A DNA stretch of 63,576 bases, the filler included, from Octopus bimaculoides (Eukaryota): the NCBI RefSeq assembly GCF_001194135.2. It is 4 parts of 4 records of this genome, joined end to end, with 100 filler letters (N's around TTAATTAATTAA, not from the genome) between each part and the next. Parts side by side here need not be neighbours in the genome. Positions count along the whole stretch, not along the records: positions 1 to 29,394 come from NC_069006.1; positions 29,495 to 46,805 come from NC_069004.1; positions 46,906 to 60,568 come from NC_068997.1; 1 more part is not named here. The stretch is one strand, 5' to 3'. The notes beneath the pieces are model-generated. The model was not told the DNA's origin, made no database searches, and saw only the letters and a program-made list of their open reading frames with translations. A program made the translations under genes and the position numbers. Of this stretch, positions 27,411-58,204 are shown one piece after another; the first letter of the stretch is position 1; every line of letters starts with the position of its first letter.

Positions 27411-28356
27411 CATGATGACCCTGATAATGATGAGAAGATGATGATGATCATGAGGGAGATAATGATGGTGATGATGATGATGATGGAAGTGTTTATAACA
27501 ATGATGACGATGATAATGATGATGATATTCAATACAACAAAAACCACGCAAATACCATTATTATCATTATTAAGAATCATTTATATTGTGTTTCTGCCAT
27601 CTTGTCTTTTATTTGAGTTTATTTTAATTTATTTTAATATATTCTTATATTTTTATAATTATTATTATTTTTTAATTTTTTTTTTTTTTTCACATTTAGC
27701 TTTCGGAGATGGTTGTTCATATTTAAACTGACAAAATATCTGAAGAAATACATTCATATTTTTGACATTTAAATCCTAACTGATTTCCGATTAATCAAAC
27801 TGTGTACCTCAGTTTATCTCGTTATGTTTTTTTAAATATTGTTTTTCTATTTTTTCTTCCTCCAAAATTTATTTCGCAGTGTGTGCATATGTGTATACAT
27901 ATGTATGAACACATTACACTGAGTGCATATACGTATGCAGAAGTGTGCGTAGTGACCGATTTGGCATTCTTCTAGAACAATAAGATTAACAAATACTTCA
28001 ATTCATTTAACACGTTTTCGTTGCTGTTATTGTTCTTATTGTTGATAGTATTGTTCGGATTTGTTGTGTCGTTGTTGTTGTTGTCATTGATAGTGTTGTT
28101 GTTGTTGTTGTTGTTGTTGTAGGTGTTCTTGTTTCTGTAGGCGTTGTTTTGTTTTATATCATTTATTTATTCATTGTTGGTTTATATATATTTTTTCTCA
28201 TTTAAACTTGAATTATACGAAGAGATTCGATGTATTTCTAAACTACCATTTTGATTAGTTCTCATTAATTTTCAACATTCCATCATTTGATTCCTGTCTC
28301 GCTATTTACCTATCATTTATATACATATATACATATACACATATACATACATATAT

Positions 28357-28402
<46 letters not shown>

Positions 28403-28674
28403 TTATTTATTTATTTATTTATTTATGTGTTTCAGCCAAGTGGAAAGACACACATATAAGAAAGAAGAAAACAAAGGACCATTGATGAGGTCACAGAAGT
28501 GTAGCGAAAGAACTCTGGCCAAAATACGATTAATGTAAAATAAAGCTGAAGCAGATTCACACCAAATTTATAGTGCGTGTGTTTTTATTGGCTAAACTGG
28601 CAACATGGCCATCCCCAAATAAAACACACAATTTCACATCAAGAAGCTTGCTTGCAAAACGAATATATAAACGT

Positions 28675-28830
28675 ATCTATACTATAAAAGGCAATCTATA
28701 CTATAAAAGGCAAATCTAGTCTATGTGTGTGTATGTTTAAAATTCATACATTTACACAATTCAAAATTTCTTCGATTAAACAATCGCAATTAATATTCTA
28801 AATACAATAAGTTAGGTCACTGCGTCATTT
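28675..28830 (+). mobile_element. Helitron-like 5' terminus, first 19 bp tandemly duplicated
   Basis: A-TCTATACTATAAAAGGCA x2 followed by a (TG) tract resembles Helitron/DINE-type 5' ends; no 3' CTRR end found. Confidence 0.45.
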
Positions 28831-29394
28831 TTTCACTCCAAAAATTTCCTAATAATGAATAAAATCCGTAAAACTACAGGAGTAAACATTTTCTCCCTAA
28901 TAAAATCTAATTTCCTCTTTCTAATACAAATCCTTTCAACTCCTACTTCCTCTGATGAACCTTTACGAAAAATCAAACAACAAATACAAAAAGAAAGGAA
29001 GGAGAAAAAGAAAACTATCAAAACTGAAAATGACATTTCGATACTGTAATGACAGATACATACAAAATTACTTTGCCCCTCTAAAATTAACTACTTCTAT
29101 TCCTCTTACACATCGTTTCAATTGCTACTTTCTCTTACGAACGATCCAAGAAAAAAGACAGAGAAACGAAGGGGAGTGAGTGTCAAATAAACAGACACAC
29201 TGCCAATCATACGTAAATACACACATATATATGTACCTATGGTTACCAATGACCTCATTCTAATTGACGGGAATTATAAGTTTACTTTCCATTTCTAACA
29301 CCGTCATTTACCAGCGAGACATGTTTCTCAAATACGATCAACAAACATTTATTCCCTACAAACTGTGAGTTTTTTTAAAAAATCTTTTCGTAAA

Positions 29395-29494
29395 NNNNNN
29401 NNNNNNNNNNNNNNNNNNNNNNNNNNNNNNNNNNNNNNTTAATTAATTAANNNNNNNNNNNNNNNNNNNNNNNNNNNNNNNNNNNNNNNNNNNN
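29395..29494. other. Artificial scaffold linker (44 N + TTAATTAATTAA + 44 N)
   Basis: Exactly 100 bp; the 12-mer has stop codons in all six frames; identical at three sites. Confidence 0.97.
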
Positions 29495-29854
29495 AGAGTT
29501 AGATTTATCAAGGTCTTCAACGGAAAATCCTTCGAATTCTGACTCGCTGCTTGACAGAATAAAATTCGTATCCATTTTTTTGTCAGGATTACAAATTTTG
29601 AAAACACAACAGGAACAAATTTGGAAAAAAATCTCCCAAAATTCACAAAATTAAAAAAACATGTTGATCGTCGTACAAAACTATTGCTGAACTGTTTACA
29701 CAAATAATCACGTGTTTTCACGAATGTACTAACGAGATTTGCTCAGATAGTCTCATTTAAATATGAATAGGTGATTACGTGCGGTTTTGGGTGGCTTGGT
29801 CACATGAACCAAAATTTTTTTCGGGCGGCTTTGGGCAGTTTGGTAACGAAAGGG
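29495..29854. mobile_element. piggyBac-like non-autonomous element, right part (left part cut by the linker)
   Basis: Ends ...GAAAGGG followed by TTAA (29855-29858); homologous to 40670-40935. Confidence 0.6.
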
Positions 29855-30104
29855 TTAACTCTGCTCACTTCTTGAGTTCAACTTTTACTGCTTGGAAATA
29901 AATCCCAGATTTAATGTCTGAGTCACTTCCTCTGCTAAGCATTCATCCATTTAACATCGAATTAGTGTCTACCGAAAGCATTCACAGATTTCTTGGGTTT
30001 TACTACTACAATATAATTTTAAGGCCCTCCGATTTATTGTTGAATTTGTGCTCAGTCAAAATAGCAATAATAATAATAATAATTGTTGTCCTGATCTTTT
30101 GCAG

Positions 30105-46196
<16,092 letters not shown>

Positions 46197-46241
46197 CAAG
46201 ATTGTTGTCCCCAAGCTGTCAACATGAACTTTCTTTTTTAA

Positions 46242-46300
46242 TGTATATAAATCTATAAATATGCATTTATTAATGTTGGTGTTTATTGTTGTTTATTGAA
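46242..46300 (+). terminator. Candidate DDX43 polyadenylation signal region
   Basis: TGTA, then two TATAAA variant hexamers (46246, 46254), then a GT-rich tract. An alternative canonical AATAAA lies at 46732-46737. Confidence 0.3.
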
Positions 46301-46805
46301 TGTGGCTCCTTATGATTGGTTGCTAACTATAAGGCCAGTCTCTGGTCAAGGTTTTCAGTTACCCAGATTTAAACTGTAGGACTATGATAGTAGATGACAT
46401 TGGTGCTAAATAACATTGTTTGGGAAATGAAATAGCAGAGATCTCTGGTATTGTAAGAGACTCTAGAACAGCTGGCCTTTTATAGCAGGATGGTAATTAT
46501 AATTTAATTGATAGACAGGATGGTAAAAAGCTATCTTCAGCCGCAAATATATTCTTTCCCAACCATTATATCACAAAGAAGTCACCAAGAAAAAAGCAGA
46601 AGAGGGGGAGTCCACTTGGTATTATCCATTGTGATATGTTCATCCTTCAAGTTGATACATTTACATAAAGGTTCATCGGTATTCCGAAATCTGTCCATAT
46701 TGTGCCACAATTCAGGATAGAGTGGATGATAAATAAACATAACTAGCTTATATGAGCTAGAAGGAGAGGGTCCAAAAAAGGAAGAAGTTCTTGCGCGCCT
46801 TCGGG

Positions 46806-46905
46806 NNNNNNNNNNNNNNNNNNNNNNNNNNNNNNNNNNNNNNNNNNNNTTAATTAATTAANNNNNNNNNNNNNNNNNNNNNNNNNNNNNNNNNNNNNNN
46901 NNNNN
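46806..46905. other. Artificial scaffold linker
   Basis: Same 44N-TTAATTAATTAA-44N structure. Confidence 0.97.
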
Positions 46906-47793
46906 TTCATTAAGGTGCGTTTACATGGGAAGCTTCTCTTTCCACTGAAACATATACAGCATCAATGAACCTCCATGTCTGTAAATCATCTTTTTCTTCT
47001 TCGTTTTCTTCTTTTCTCTCTTTCTTTCTTTCTTTCTTCTTCGTCGTTGTCGTCGTCGTCGTCGTCTCCTCATCTTCTACCACCCCTCCTCCTCCTCCCC
47101 CATCCTCCTCGTCCCTTCCCTCCTTCCCTCCTTCTTCTTCCTCAGTTTGTTGTCGTTTTTGTTGTTCTCGTTTACGTTCTCTTTCAGCTTCTTTTTTCCC
47201 TCCTTATCCCCCTATCTCCTCTTCCTCCTCCTTTCTCTCTACCTCCTTCTCCCCTCTCCTGTCCCCCTTTTTTTTCTTCTCTTCTCCCACCACCCATGCT
47301 CAAACAACACCATCACTGTTGCTATGGTGGCAAACACAACGAACGACCTTTAAACTGTCAGAGTCTTATACGATTTCTTTAAATACATTATTGCTATTTT
47401 TTAAATATTTTGCATTTCTGTTATTGTTTTGACAAGAATTGTTAAAGATTCCTGCTACACGAGAGAACCAGCCTACGATTTCCTGGTGGGGATACCATAC
47501 AAGGGTGGTTTTGAGGTGCGGGCATCAAACTAGTCCGTATTTATTATAGATGTAAAAATATCGATAGTCATATATGAGTGAATATGTATATAATAAACGC
47601 ACGGATAACAACTTGCCATAATATCCATGAATATTACAAATCACATTGTAATCGTCCTGTGGATGTTGATAATGGTCACAAACATGTGAGTTGCGGAAAC
47701 GCACGTAGCGATGCTTTAAAATATTTATGAAACTCCATCATTGGGTTATTACAATAATACGTTTCTTAATGGAAATCATTGTTGTTAATAAAG

Positions 47794-47863
<70 letters not shown>

Positions 47864-47989
47864 TTTTCTTCCTCTGTTTAGACGAACGTTTCTACCTTTT
47901 CGGACAAAACCCTTTGTAACCTTCGTCCTGTCTTTGTCCTTACATGTTTTTAATTGATATTAGCCCTTGTGGCAAAAAAAAACGAATTA

Positions 47990-48043
<54 letters not shown>

Positions 48044-48439
48044 GGCATTCCAAATGTAACCAGCCTGTGTTTTAAGGTACATTATCGAAAGTATCCATCA
48101 CTTTTTATTATCAGTACCAGTGTTATTTGAAGGAATCTGGTTACTATCTCTAGCACATTGCGCGACCACTTAGTTGCTGCCTCGGTGTCACGTAGAGTGA
48201 AGTGTTATTTTCTTTATTCTCCTTCGTACTTCTGTGAAAAATTTCTTTGATGTAAAGCTGGTTCTCAGTCCAACCTGTGGTTCAGTGTAGTGAGCTGAAT
48301 TCAAAATAATTTATCTTATTTTGTGCCTATTTTCATACATGCTTTAACCAACAGCTCAACGCTATTAGCTTTCATTTTGATTTCTTACGGAAAACAATAT
48401 GTAATGGGATCACGCTTATATATATATATGTTGTTTCTT

Positions 48440-48640
48440 TTATTTCGTATTTTTTTCTTTACTTGTTTCGGTCATTGGACTCCAATCATGCTGGGGCACC
48501 ACCTTGAACAGTTTAGTCGACCAAATCAAACCCCAATACTTGAGTTTTTATTTGAATTTTTAAAATTTTTTTTTAATTTGCTACTTATTCTATCGGTTAC
48601 TTTTGCCGAGCCGTTACTTTACAAGGACGTGACAAACACA
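48440..48640 (-). mobile_element. SINE S1 tail half followed by a (TACA)n array (48640-48836)
   Basis: ttacttgtttcggtcattggact..catgctggggcacc...tacttattctatcggt..ttttgccgagccg. Confidence 0.75.
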
Positions 48641-49744
48641 AAGATACATACATGCATGCATGCATACATACATACATAATACATACATGCATATATACAT
48701 ACATACATTCGTGCATACATACATGCATACATACATGCATACATACATACATACATACATACATACATGCATACATACATGCATACATACATACATACAT
48801 ACATACATACATACATACATACATACATACATACATAACTGCCTCAACAAAAACCTGGAAAAATTAGGGTTCTCAAAACCTGAAAGAAAAAGGCTGATTA
48901 GAAGACTACAGATTCAAGCCATCAATGGAACTGTAAAGATATGTAAAACTTTCCAAAAATTTAGCACATAAATACATATGCATGCATCTAGACATAAAAA
49001 CGCATCCATAAAACAAACATACAGATCTGCGCATACACTAACATCAAATACTGCACACACACACATATGCACAAATACCTAGATGATGTTGAAAAAAGTT
49101 CCAATGAAGGAGCCTTGAATCTATGTTACAGTCCGGCTCATTCTCTATGGACAAGAAATACAGAAATGAAACTGATTGATAACATACATACATACATACA
49201 TACACACATACATACGTATACACACATACATACGTATACACATATGGTGCTTTTATTGATGAATGGAAAGCAGTCAATTTATGTAAAGCACGTGTACAAG
49301 CGGCGGTAACATAACACATAAGAAGACATGAATGGAATTCCCACATAACTAAGTGTAAAAAAACGAACCCAATGACACCTGAATAACAAAAGCTCACCCA
49401 GAATACTCTCTTTCTCTTTCTCTGCTTGTGTCTATGTCATTAGCTCTAAAAATACACGCGAGCGCGCATGCATGCATACATGCTTCTTACTTCAAAAAGA
49501 ACTATGCATATATAAGTGCACATTTAAGGCTTCGTAGCGGTTTTAAGTTGGATGCATGCAATGTTATAACGGAGGAATATTTTCTCTGTATATTTTGCAA
49601 GTTAGTTCTGTGTAGGAAGCTCGCTGTAAAGATAGTTTCGCAGTTGTTGAGTTTATTGATCACAGGAATTGTGGTAGAAGATGATTAAATGTTCTGTCTG
49701 CGCGCGCCTACATGTATGTGTGTGTTTGTATGTATACGTGTGTG

Positions 49745-49793
<49 letters not shown>

Positions 49794-52292
49794 ATATATA
49801 CATATATGTATGTGTATATATGTATGTGCGTGTATATATANNNNNNNNNNNNNNNNNNNNNNNNNNNNNNNNNNNNNNNNNNNNNNNNNNNNNNNNNNNN
49901 NNNNNNNNNNNNNNNNNNNNNNNNNNNNNNNNNNNNNNNNNNNNNNNNNNNNNNNNNNNNNNNNNNNNNNNNNNNNNNNNNNNNNNNNNNNNNNNNNNNN
50001 NNNNNNNNNNNNNNNNNNNNNNNNNNNNNNNNNNNNNNNNNNNNNNNNNNNNNNNNNNNNNNNNNNNNNNNNNNNNNNNNNNNNNNNNNNNNNNNNNNNN
50101 NNNNNNNNNNNNNNNNNNNNNNNNNNNNNNNNNNNNNNNNNNNNNNNNNNNNNNNNNNNNNNNNNNNNNNNNNNNNNNNNNNNNNNNNNNNNNNNNNNNN
50201 NNNNNNNNNNNNNNNNNNNNNNNNNNNNNNNNNNNNNNNNNNNNNNNNNNNNNNNNNNNNNNNNNNNNNNNNNNNNNNNNNNNNNNNNNNNNNNNNNNNN
50301 NNNNNNNNNNNNNNNNNNNNNNNNNNNNNNNNNNNNNNNNNNNNNNNNNNNNNNNNNNNNNNNNNNNNNNNNNNNNNNNNNNNNNNNNNNNNNNNNNNNN
50401 NNNNNNNNNNNNNNNNNNNNNNNNNNNNNNNNNNNNNNNNNNNNNNNNNNNNNNNNNNNNNNNNNNNNNNNNNNNNNNNNNNNNNNNNNNNNNNNNNNNN
50501 NNNNNNNNNNNNNNNNNNNNNNNNNNNNNNNNNNNNNNNNNNNNNNNNNNNNNNNNNNNNNNNNNNNNNNNNNNNNNNNNNNNNNNNNNNNNNNNNNNNN
50601 NNNNNNNATATTGATATTTCGGGGCTATAGTCCCTTGTTCAGGTTCTGTGGAGAAATGTATCATATATATGCATAATTGGGCAGTTTTCCATGAGCTAAA
50701 AACAAGCACATTAATGGTTATTACAAAATAGCATTAGCGTTACCTTTAATTTCTTTTTATATATGTACCGCTTCAAATAAACCTACACGTTTCAACTGAA
50801 ATTGCAACCTGACTATAGTATCAGTGAAGTTACTTCAGGATCTGCATTTTGATATACTTTGATATGACTGTGTAAGGTTTTTCGTTGATTTTCTTTGCGT
50901 TCTATGAATAGTGTGTGTGCTTGCGTTTTCGTGCGTGCGTGTGCATGCGTGTGCGTGTGTGTGTACGGATTTTTATATTCTTCCAAACACTCCAGCGAAC
51001 ACCTTGTGCTTGGCCTGGCCTTGCACCTTTGAACCACCACCGCTAGACTCCACCAAGAATAGCAATATATATTCCGTCTTCGAACTCATACACTGTATGG
51101 ACTTAACGTGCCTTTCCTTCTAGTATCAGTTTCCACCTTCATTTTCCTTTTTTATGATATATTATTCTTTATTTGTATGTGTATTTCTTCCTTCCGTCCA
51201 TAATATCCTATTTCATCTGCCATCAAGTTAAATTAAGAAGAAGTAACAGGTACTTAATTTAATCTCCGAAATAAGAACTGAATAAATACGCCTCCACCAC
51301 TCATCTTCTTCCTCCAGCTCCTCCTCTCCCACTTTCAAATGCGCCTCCCCACATTTCTATCGCTTTTTCTTGTCTCTCTTCGTTATCAATTAAGATTATA
51401 ATTACGGTCGTTGCCGAGGCTGTTGCAATTGTCATGGTAATGGTTGTTTTATGTTGATGTGAATGTATGTACGAGCGCTCATAAGTGCTTGAAAGTATAT
51501 CAGTACACCCCACAGTTTGTGTGTGTGTGTAAATCAGATATAATACATAAGCCTGTGTGATACAGTGATACGGTTAAACGTTGTGTTTTGATCATGAATA
51601 AATAATATTATCTACTATGCAAAATATACTGACAGTTATAAAGTTTGGTGTAAAATACACATATACGTACAGAAATATATAGTGTATAATATGTGTAAAT
51701 ATATGCGTGTGTATGTGTATATATATACATATATATATTCACAAACATATATATACTTGCAAACATATACATACACACACAGACGTGTCTATATATGTAT
51801 ATATATATATATATATATATNNNNNNNNNNNNNNNNNNNNNNNNNNNNNNNNNNNNNNNNNNNNNNNNNNNNNNNNNNNNNNNNNNNNNNNNNNNNNNNN
51901 NNNNNNNNNNNNNNNNNNNNNNNNNNNNNNNNNNNNNNNNNNNNNNNNNNNNNNNNNNNNNNNNNNNNNNNNNNNNNNNNNNNNNNNNNNNNNNNNNNNN
52001 NNNNNNNNNNNNNNNNNNNNNNNNNNNNNNNNNNNNNNNNNNNNNNNNNNNNNNNNNNNNNNNNNNNNNNNNNNNNNNNNNNNNNNNNNNNNNNNNNNNN
52101 NNNNNNNNNNNNNNNNNNNNNNNNNNNNNNNNNNNNNNNNNNNNNNNNNNNNNNNNNNNNNNNNNNNNNNNNNNNNNNNNNNNNNNNNNNNNNNNNNNNN
52201 NNNNNNNNNNNNNNNNNNNNNNNNNNNNNNNNNNNNNNNNNNNNNNNNNNNNNNNNNNNNNNNNNNNNNNNNNNNNNNNNNNNNNNNNNNNN

Positions 52293-52324
<32 letters not shown>

Positions 52325-52940
52325 TACGTATCTATGTATGTACGTATGTCTTCATGTACATACATTTGCAACGAAGTATGTAAATAGGCATCGGGTGTAA
52401 CTAACTCACATGCGCAACATACGCATCTAACATACACATATATATACACACGTTAAATGTAGAAATAGATTATAGGAAAAAGCAAAAAAAAAAAAATTAA
52501 ATAAATGCAAACTGAAGAACAACCCCTACTCCGTACCCTCCCCCAGACTCACACACACACACACACAAACGTCCCTAAAAACAACAAATCCTTTATAGCT
52601 GAATAAGAAATTATTCAGTAGATAGATTTAATACAACGGAGAAATATCCAGTTACAACAAACCCAACATTTGTTTTCATTAAAATGCAAGTCCTGTCTCT
52701 CAAGCAAAACATTTTACACACACTTTTAGTTTTTATTCCTCGGTTTTTCTTTTGTGTTATATGATTTTTTTTCTTGACTTGATTGTTATTTTATTTGAGT
52801 TTTATTATATATATTTTGTCGTTTATTTACTTATTGATTGATACGTTTACATTTTATATATATATACATGTGTATGTACGTATGTATGTATGTATGTATG
52901 TATATACATATACATGTATATACATACATATGTATGTGCA

Positions 52941-53035
<95 letters not shown>

Positions 53036-53374
53036 TTATAAACACACACACACATGTATATATATATATATATATGTATGTTTGGGGAAGGGACATATGT
53101 TCTTTCTCTTTGGGGAAATGATATAGTCGATTACATCGAACCAAGTGCTCAACTGGTAGTTACTAGTTTCTACCCTTCTTAAGCACTAGCATGGCTGTAG
53201 ATGTCGCAAGGGGTAAGAAGAGAATCAGTTATTCTGTGCGCAGATCAAATATTACAAATGATTTCATTTTCTCTTTATTCAGACATAAGTATGTAACATC
53301 GAAATGCATCGCTACATAAATACATGCACGTACGCATATATACATTCTATAATACTGATAATTATAAGAAGAAT

Positions 53375-53555
53375 TCTTTCCATTATAGATACAAGGCCTT
53401 AAGGTTTGGGGGAAGGGCTATATCCATTAAGTCGAACCTAGTACTCAGCTGAGGCCTATTTTACCGACTCGGCAGTGTTTGAACACAGGACGAAAGAGCC
53501 AAAAGTAATAACGCGGGACATATTGTTTGATGAGCTATTGAATGTGCCAGCTCCC
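53375..53555 (-). mobile_element. SINE S2 diverged copy (further fragments at about 53090-53160, 54985-55100, 55365-55570, 59100-59180)
   Basis: ttctttccattatagatacaaggcctt..tttggggg..agtcgaacctagtactcagctg. Confidence 0.55.
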
Positions 53556-53563
53556 TACCAATG

Positions 53564-53622
<59 letters not shown>

Positions 53623-54202
53623 GTTGATTACATAAACTCCTGTATTTGTCTGAAATAAATCTTAGTTTCCGAAATTAAAGAAATGCAGCTAAGAGTTCTG
53701 TCCACAGTGCAAATGATTGTGCTAGCTTACCATATACATATATGTACTATCTTGAATATTTATTTATATATACGAATATTTTTTCATTGTTGTATGAATT
53801 GTAGTGATGATGAAAGTGGTGGAGGTGATGTAGCAGTGATCATGATGGTGATGATCATATTGTTGTTGCGGTGGTGATGATTGTTGTGATGGCCTTCGTG
53901 GTGGTGGTGGTGATGGTGATACTGAAGTGATGTTTATGGTTATTTAAGCTAAGGTATCGGTGTTGCTGGTGGTACTAATGGTGTGGACAGTAGTGATGAT
54001 GGCTGTGGTGTTCGTAGCGGTATTAAGTGTTATTGCATTGTTTTTTTTTTTACGTCACTGTTTATTTGGTATAAAAATAATAATACTGACCATAATAGTA
54101 ATAACAATAATAATGATAATAATAATAATAATAATAATCAGTATCACTAGTATTATTACCATCGTTGTTATTATTATTAGTTATAGCAGCAGCAGCAGCA
54201 AC

Positions 54203-54242
<40 letters not shown>

Positions 54243-56819
54243 TTTTGTATTTGTTATGTGTCTGGTAACCATAGAGATGATGGAAATATTGCTCTTCATG
54301 CGCTTCTACTTCTACACTGTCTAATACTACAGAACAGGAAACCATAATTACAGATATACGGTAGAGGCAGCTGAGGAAATGTAATCCGACTCATATAAAT
54401 ATGTGTGTGTGTGTGTATGTTTTTATGTTTTGTTTGTGTCTCTGCGTTTGCATACACACAAGTACACAAACATATGTATATATTTATGTATGTGCACACA
54501 CACACACACACANNNNNNNNNNNNNNNNNNNNNNNNNNNNNNNNNNNNNNNNNNNNNNNNNNNNNNNNNNNNNNNNNNNNNNNNNNNNNNNNNNNNNNNN
54601 NNNNNNNNNNNNNNNNNNNNNNNNNNNNNNNNNNNNNNNNNNNNNNNNNNNNNNNNNNNNNNNNNNNNNNNNNNNNNNNNNNNNNNNNNNNNNNNNNNNN
54701 NTCTTAGATGTACCTGTAACCACATGTCATTTGGCATATTATTATACGTAATATATATATATATATGTGTGCATGTGTGAGTGAAGATGATGATGATTGT
54801 GGTAATGGCGATGATGGTGGTGGTGGTGATGGTGGTGGTGGTATCGGTGGTGAAGATGATGTTATTTAAGAACGCCCGAAGAGCGAAATTCTGTCTAGAG
54901 GAGAACAATCGATTATATGGATCTCAGTATTCGATTAGTATTCTGTTTTATCGATCCCAGCCAGAGTAATGAAATCAAAGCTGACCCCTGCAGAATTTGG
55001 AACAAACTCCGCTCTGCAATTTGCTCGGCGTTTCTAATGATACGAGAGGAAGATGTAGTCAATTAAATGAATACCAATGCGTGACTGGTACCTTATTAAT
55101 ATGGCGTACTTAATGCATTTGTGTGGATATAAACCAGAGGGTACAATTTTCCTCCAGAAGAAATCCCTTTATACACGTATTGTGTTGAAAAACAAGAATA
55201 TGACTTACAACTAAGCGAAGCAAAATCGCCCCAGAATTTATCGTGAGAGCGACAAATACGACAGATACGTATTTCACCGCTGTTGCAGTTTCTCAGTATC
55301 ACATATTTATCTCACTGCTAAAACGAAATCGAATCTGCTACTCTGAAATACATAGACCTTTGAGGATAAAAGGCTAAGTTTACCTCGGCGAGATTTGAAC
55401 TTAAAATATCAAGAGCCGAAAAAATATAGTTACGTACTTTTTTATGACGCTCAAGTGATGTTGCCAATCCGCCTACCGTATATAGATTGCAAATATGTCT
55501 AATTTAAGCAGAAGTGCTACCAATTTTTAAGCCGGTAGATTTCATTGATTTAGTTGATTACGCCAGCAACCACCACCAGTTCGGAAACAGTTGACTAAAG
55601 ATACTTTGTAGTATATAAGAAGGGGTGCCGAAAAGGGTAAAAGAAAACAGAGGAGGATCAGTTGAGTTTGATTGCATTAAACATATTCCTCTCTCAGATT
55701 CACACACTTATTGTAACGGCTCCTCAGTTTATTTCTAAACCTTGTAAAAGAATTCGGAAGACTGGGCCTCCAGCCAGGCCTTGCGTGATACCCTTAAAGC
55801 GAGGAGCGTTTTCTCACCCCTCGTATGATATTGGATGGTCAGATGTGTGAGTATATCGGTTGATGCGGTTACTCACGCGCGCACCAAGTCATTGAAGAAT
55901 ATTGTCGATGAACAGTTAGTCCACGTTTATAACCTTGATTAAAGAACTTGGTAATGATCGTTGGCAGTAATTGTATTAATACAGCGTAGTTAATACCCTT
56001 CTATGAAAACCTTAACGATAAGATCATGACATGACACAATACAATGAAATATGGAATAACATATATACATATATATATACATACATATACATACAATCAA
56101 ACACACACATATACATACATACGCACATACATACACATACATATAAACAATAAGGAGATTGATGATGATCACCCATCACTCCACAACATGATAGTTCTAT
56201 AAGCTCTTTCTCTACTAGAGATTCATATCATAACATAATGTAATAAATATACCAATTTCGAAACAGTTTATAACACATTGCCGTGACTAAATACAGTGAA
56301 GGAGGAAAAAAGGCCATCATTATATTATTCGTAACCGACCAATCGACTAACGGCAATTTGTAGGGTCCCTTGTGTAAAACTAAATCAATAGGGTTGCATT
56401 TATCTATATTGACCAATCACAGTTAACCTGCTAAACTAGCATTTAATGATGACTCAATAAGAGACGTATCGACCCATTCAATCGGTGTTTGAGATCTATC
56501 GCGATTACATACATATTAATACATCGTGGTATTTGCATTAGTGAGTATATATTTATATACTCATATTCACACTCATATACATACGTACCGCCTTGCTGAA
56601 ACTCAGAAATTAGCAGGGAGGGCCAGCATATTTTTTGAATGTGGTACAGAACACCCTCCCACACACACACATACGTACACGCACATACGCACGCAAACAG
56701 CATCACACATATATATATGTATACATGTGTGTGTGTGTATGTGTATACATAAGTGTGTGTGTGTGCATGTGTGCATATACAGAAATATATGGTTCATATG
56801 TACAAAGGCTTAAGACAGA

Positions 56820-56935
56820 GTTAGGTGAGCAAACAACAGGCCGATGTATTACTTTGACACTCAGGAAAAATTAGAAAAGTCTTTTACGTTTCGAGCCTAC
56901 GCACTTCGACAGAAAAGGATGAGGTAAAAAAAAAT
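56820..56935 (-). mobile_element. Penelope-like pseudo-LTR fragment with hammerhead-like core
   Basis: - strand ctgtcgaagtgcgtaggctcgaaacgtaaaagac...cctgagtgtc is homologous to 63431-63490. Confidence 0.55.
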
Positions 56936-56954
56936 GGAGGAAGAGAGAGTGAGA

Positions 56955-56992
<38 letters not shown>

Positions 56993-57168
56993 AACAGACA
57001 GACAGACAGAGAAAAGAACGAATCAGGATCATGTATTGCTGACGTCATAAAAATTTAGAAACTTTGATAGAAGGTGAAATAATTGTCTGTTTTTAAGGGG
57101 AAACACGAAGCAGATAAAGCTTCGACTATTATACCTAAAATAATCCAGTTTCTACCTCTCTCTATGTA

Positions 57169-57256
<88 letters not shown>

Positions 57257-57257
<1 letters not shown>

Positions 57258-57390
57258 CGGCTTCTTTCAGTTTCCGTCTACCAAATCCATACACAAGGGT
57301 TTGGCCGGCCCCAGGCTATAATAGAAGACACTTGCTCAACGAACCCCAAATCATGTGGCTGGGAAGCAAACATCTTACCACACAGCCATG
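57257..57390 (-). mobile_element. SINE S1 head preceded by (TA)n
   Basis: ggcttctttcagtttccgtctaccaaatcc...gctataatagaagacacttgc...catgtggctgggaagcaaacatcttaccacacagcc. Confidence 0.85.
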
Positions 57391-58204
57391 CCAAATAAAG
57401 TAATGTTTGTGTATATGTAGTAATAATAGCATCAATAAAATAATGCCAACAAACCCAGCAGTTATTGTTCAACTGGATTAAAACTGCGACTTATCTAATT
57501 GTCCCTAAGACGTCCTTTGTAAGATATGGGAGCTGTCTTGTGTTGAAGTATAATCCAGCGATTTACTGAATCAGCTCTGTCATTAGCAGTCTTAAAATAG
57601 GGATCTCTTGTTTTCATAAAACACAACATCACTTTCCGAAAATAAGAGTCGTTAAGAATATATGATATTTCAGCCTTCAAAACAAACCGTGTATTTTTAG
57701 AAAGAAAGCGAGATCGAGAGATTGAGTGAGTGAGTGAGTGAGAGAAAGTGAGAGAGAGACAGAAAGAAGGAGAGCATAATTGATTCAATTAAACCCAGTA
57801 TATCATGGTTTTATTTGTTTTTTCAACTTTAGTCGAGATAAATACGGGGGAAGTGTGAATATATTACCGCAGGGCTTTCCGTATAATTTTCACTGTATTT
57901 TACTGGAGATGGCTGAGTGGGACCGGAGTGGGAAGAAGGAGAAATTGTAATTTGTGACATTTTATCCTTATAACAACAGAAATTTGACCTCAAAGCTATT
58001 GTTTTGAAATTAAACGAAAATACAACACGGAAAAAGAAAAAAAAATACCAGAAGAAATAATCTTTTTGTTTTTTAATTCTGTTTGGTTAACTAAACAAAA
58101 ACAAAAAAACAGTGGATTTTGAGAGTGAAGGTGGTGGTCGGGACTCAAGAACTGAGGATAAAATCAAATACGACTTCGTTATATAAACAAAGATCAGCGA
58201 AATT

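Noticed and set aside
29395-29494. TTAA-rich 12-mer as a piggyBac target or homeodomain site
   Set aside because: Synthetic linker, identical at three positions inside N runs
47500-47534. Possible Helitron 3' end (gaggtgcgggcatcaaaCTAGt)
   Set aside because: Hairpin is too weak and it lies on a different scaffold from the 5'-like end
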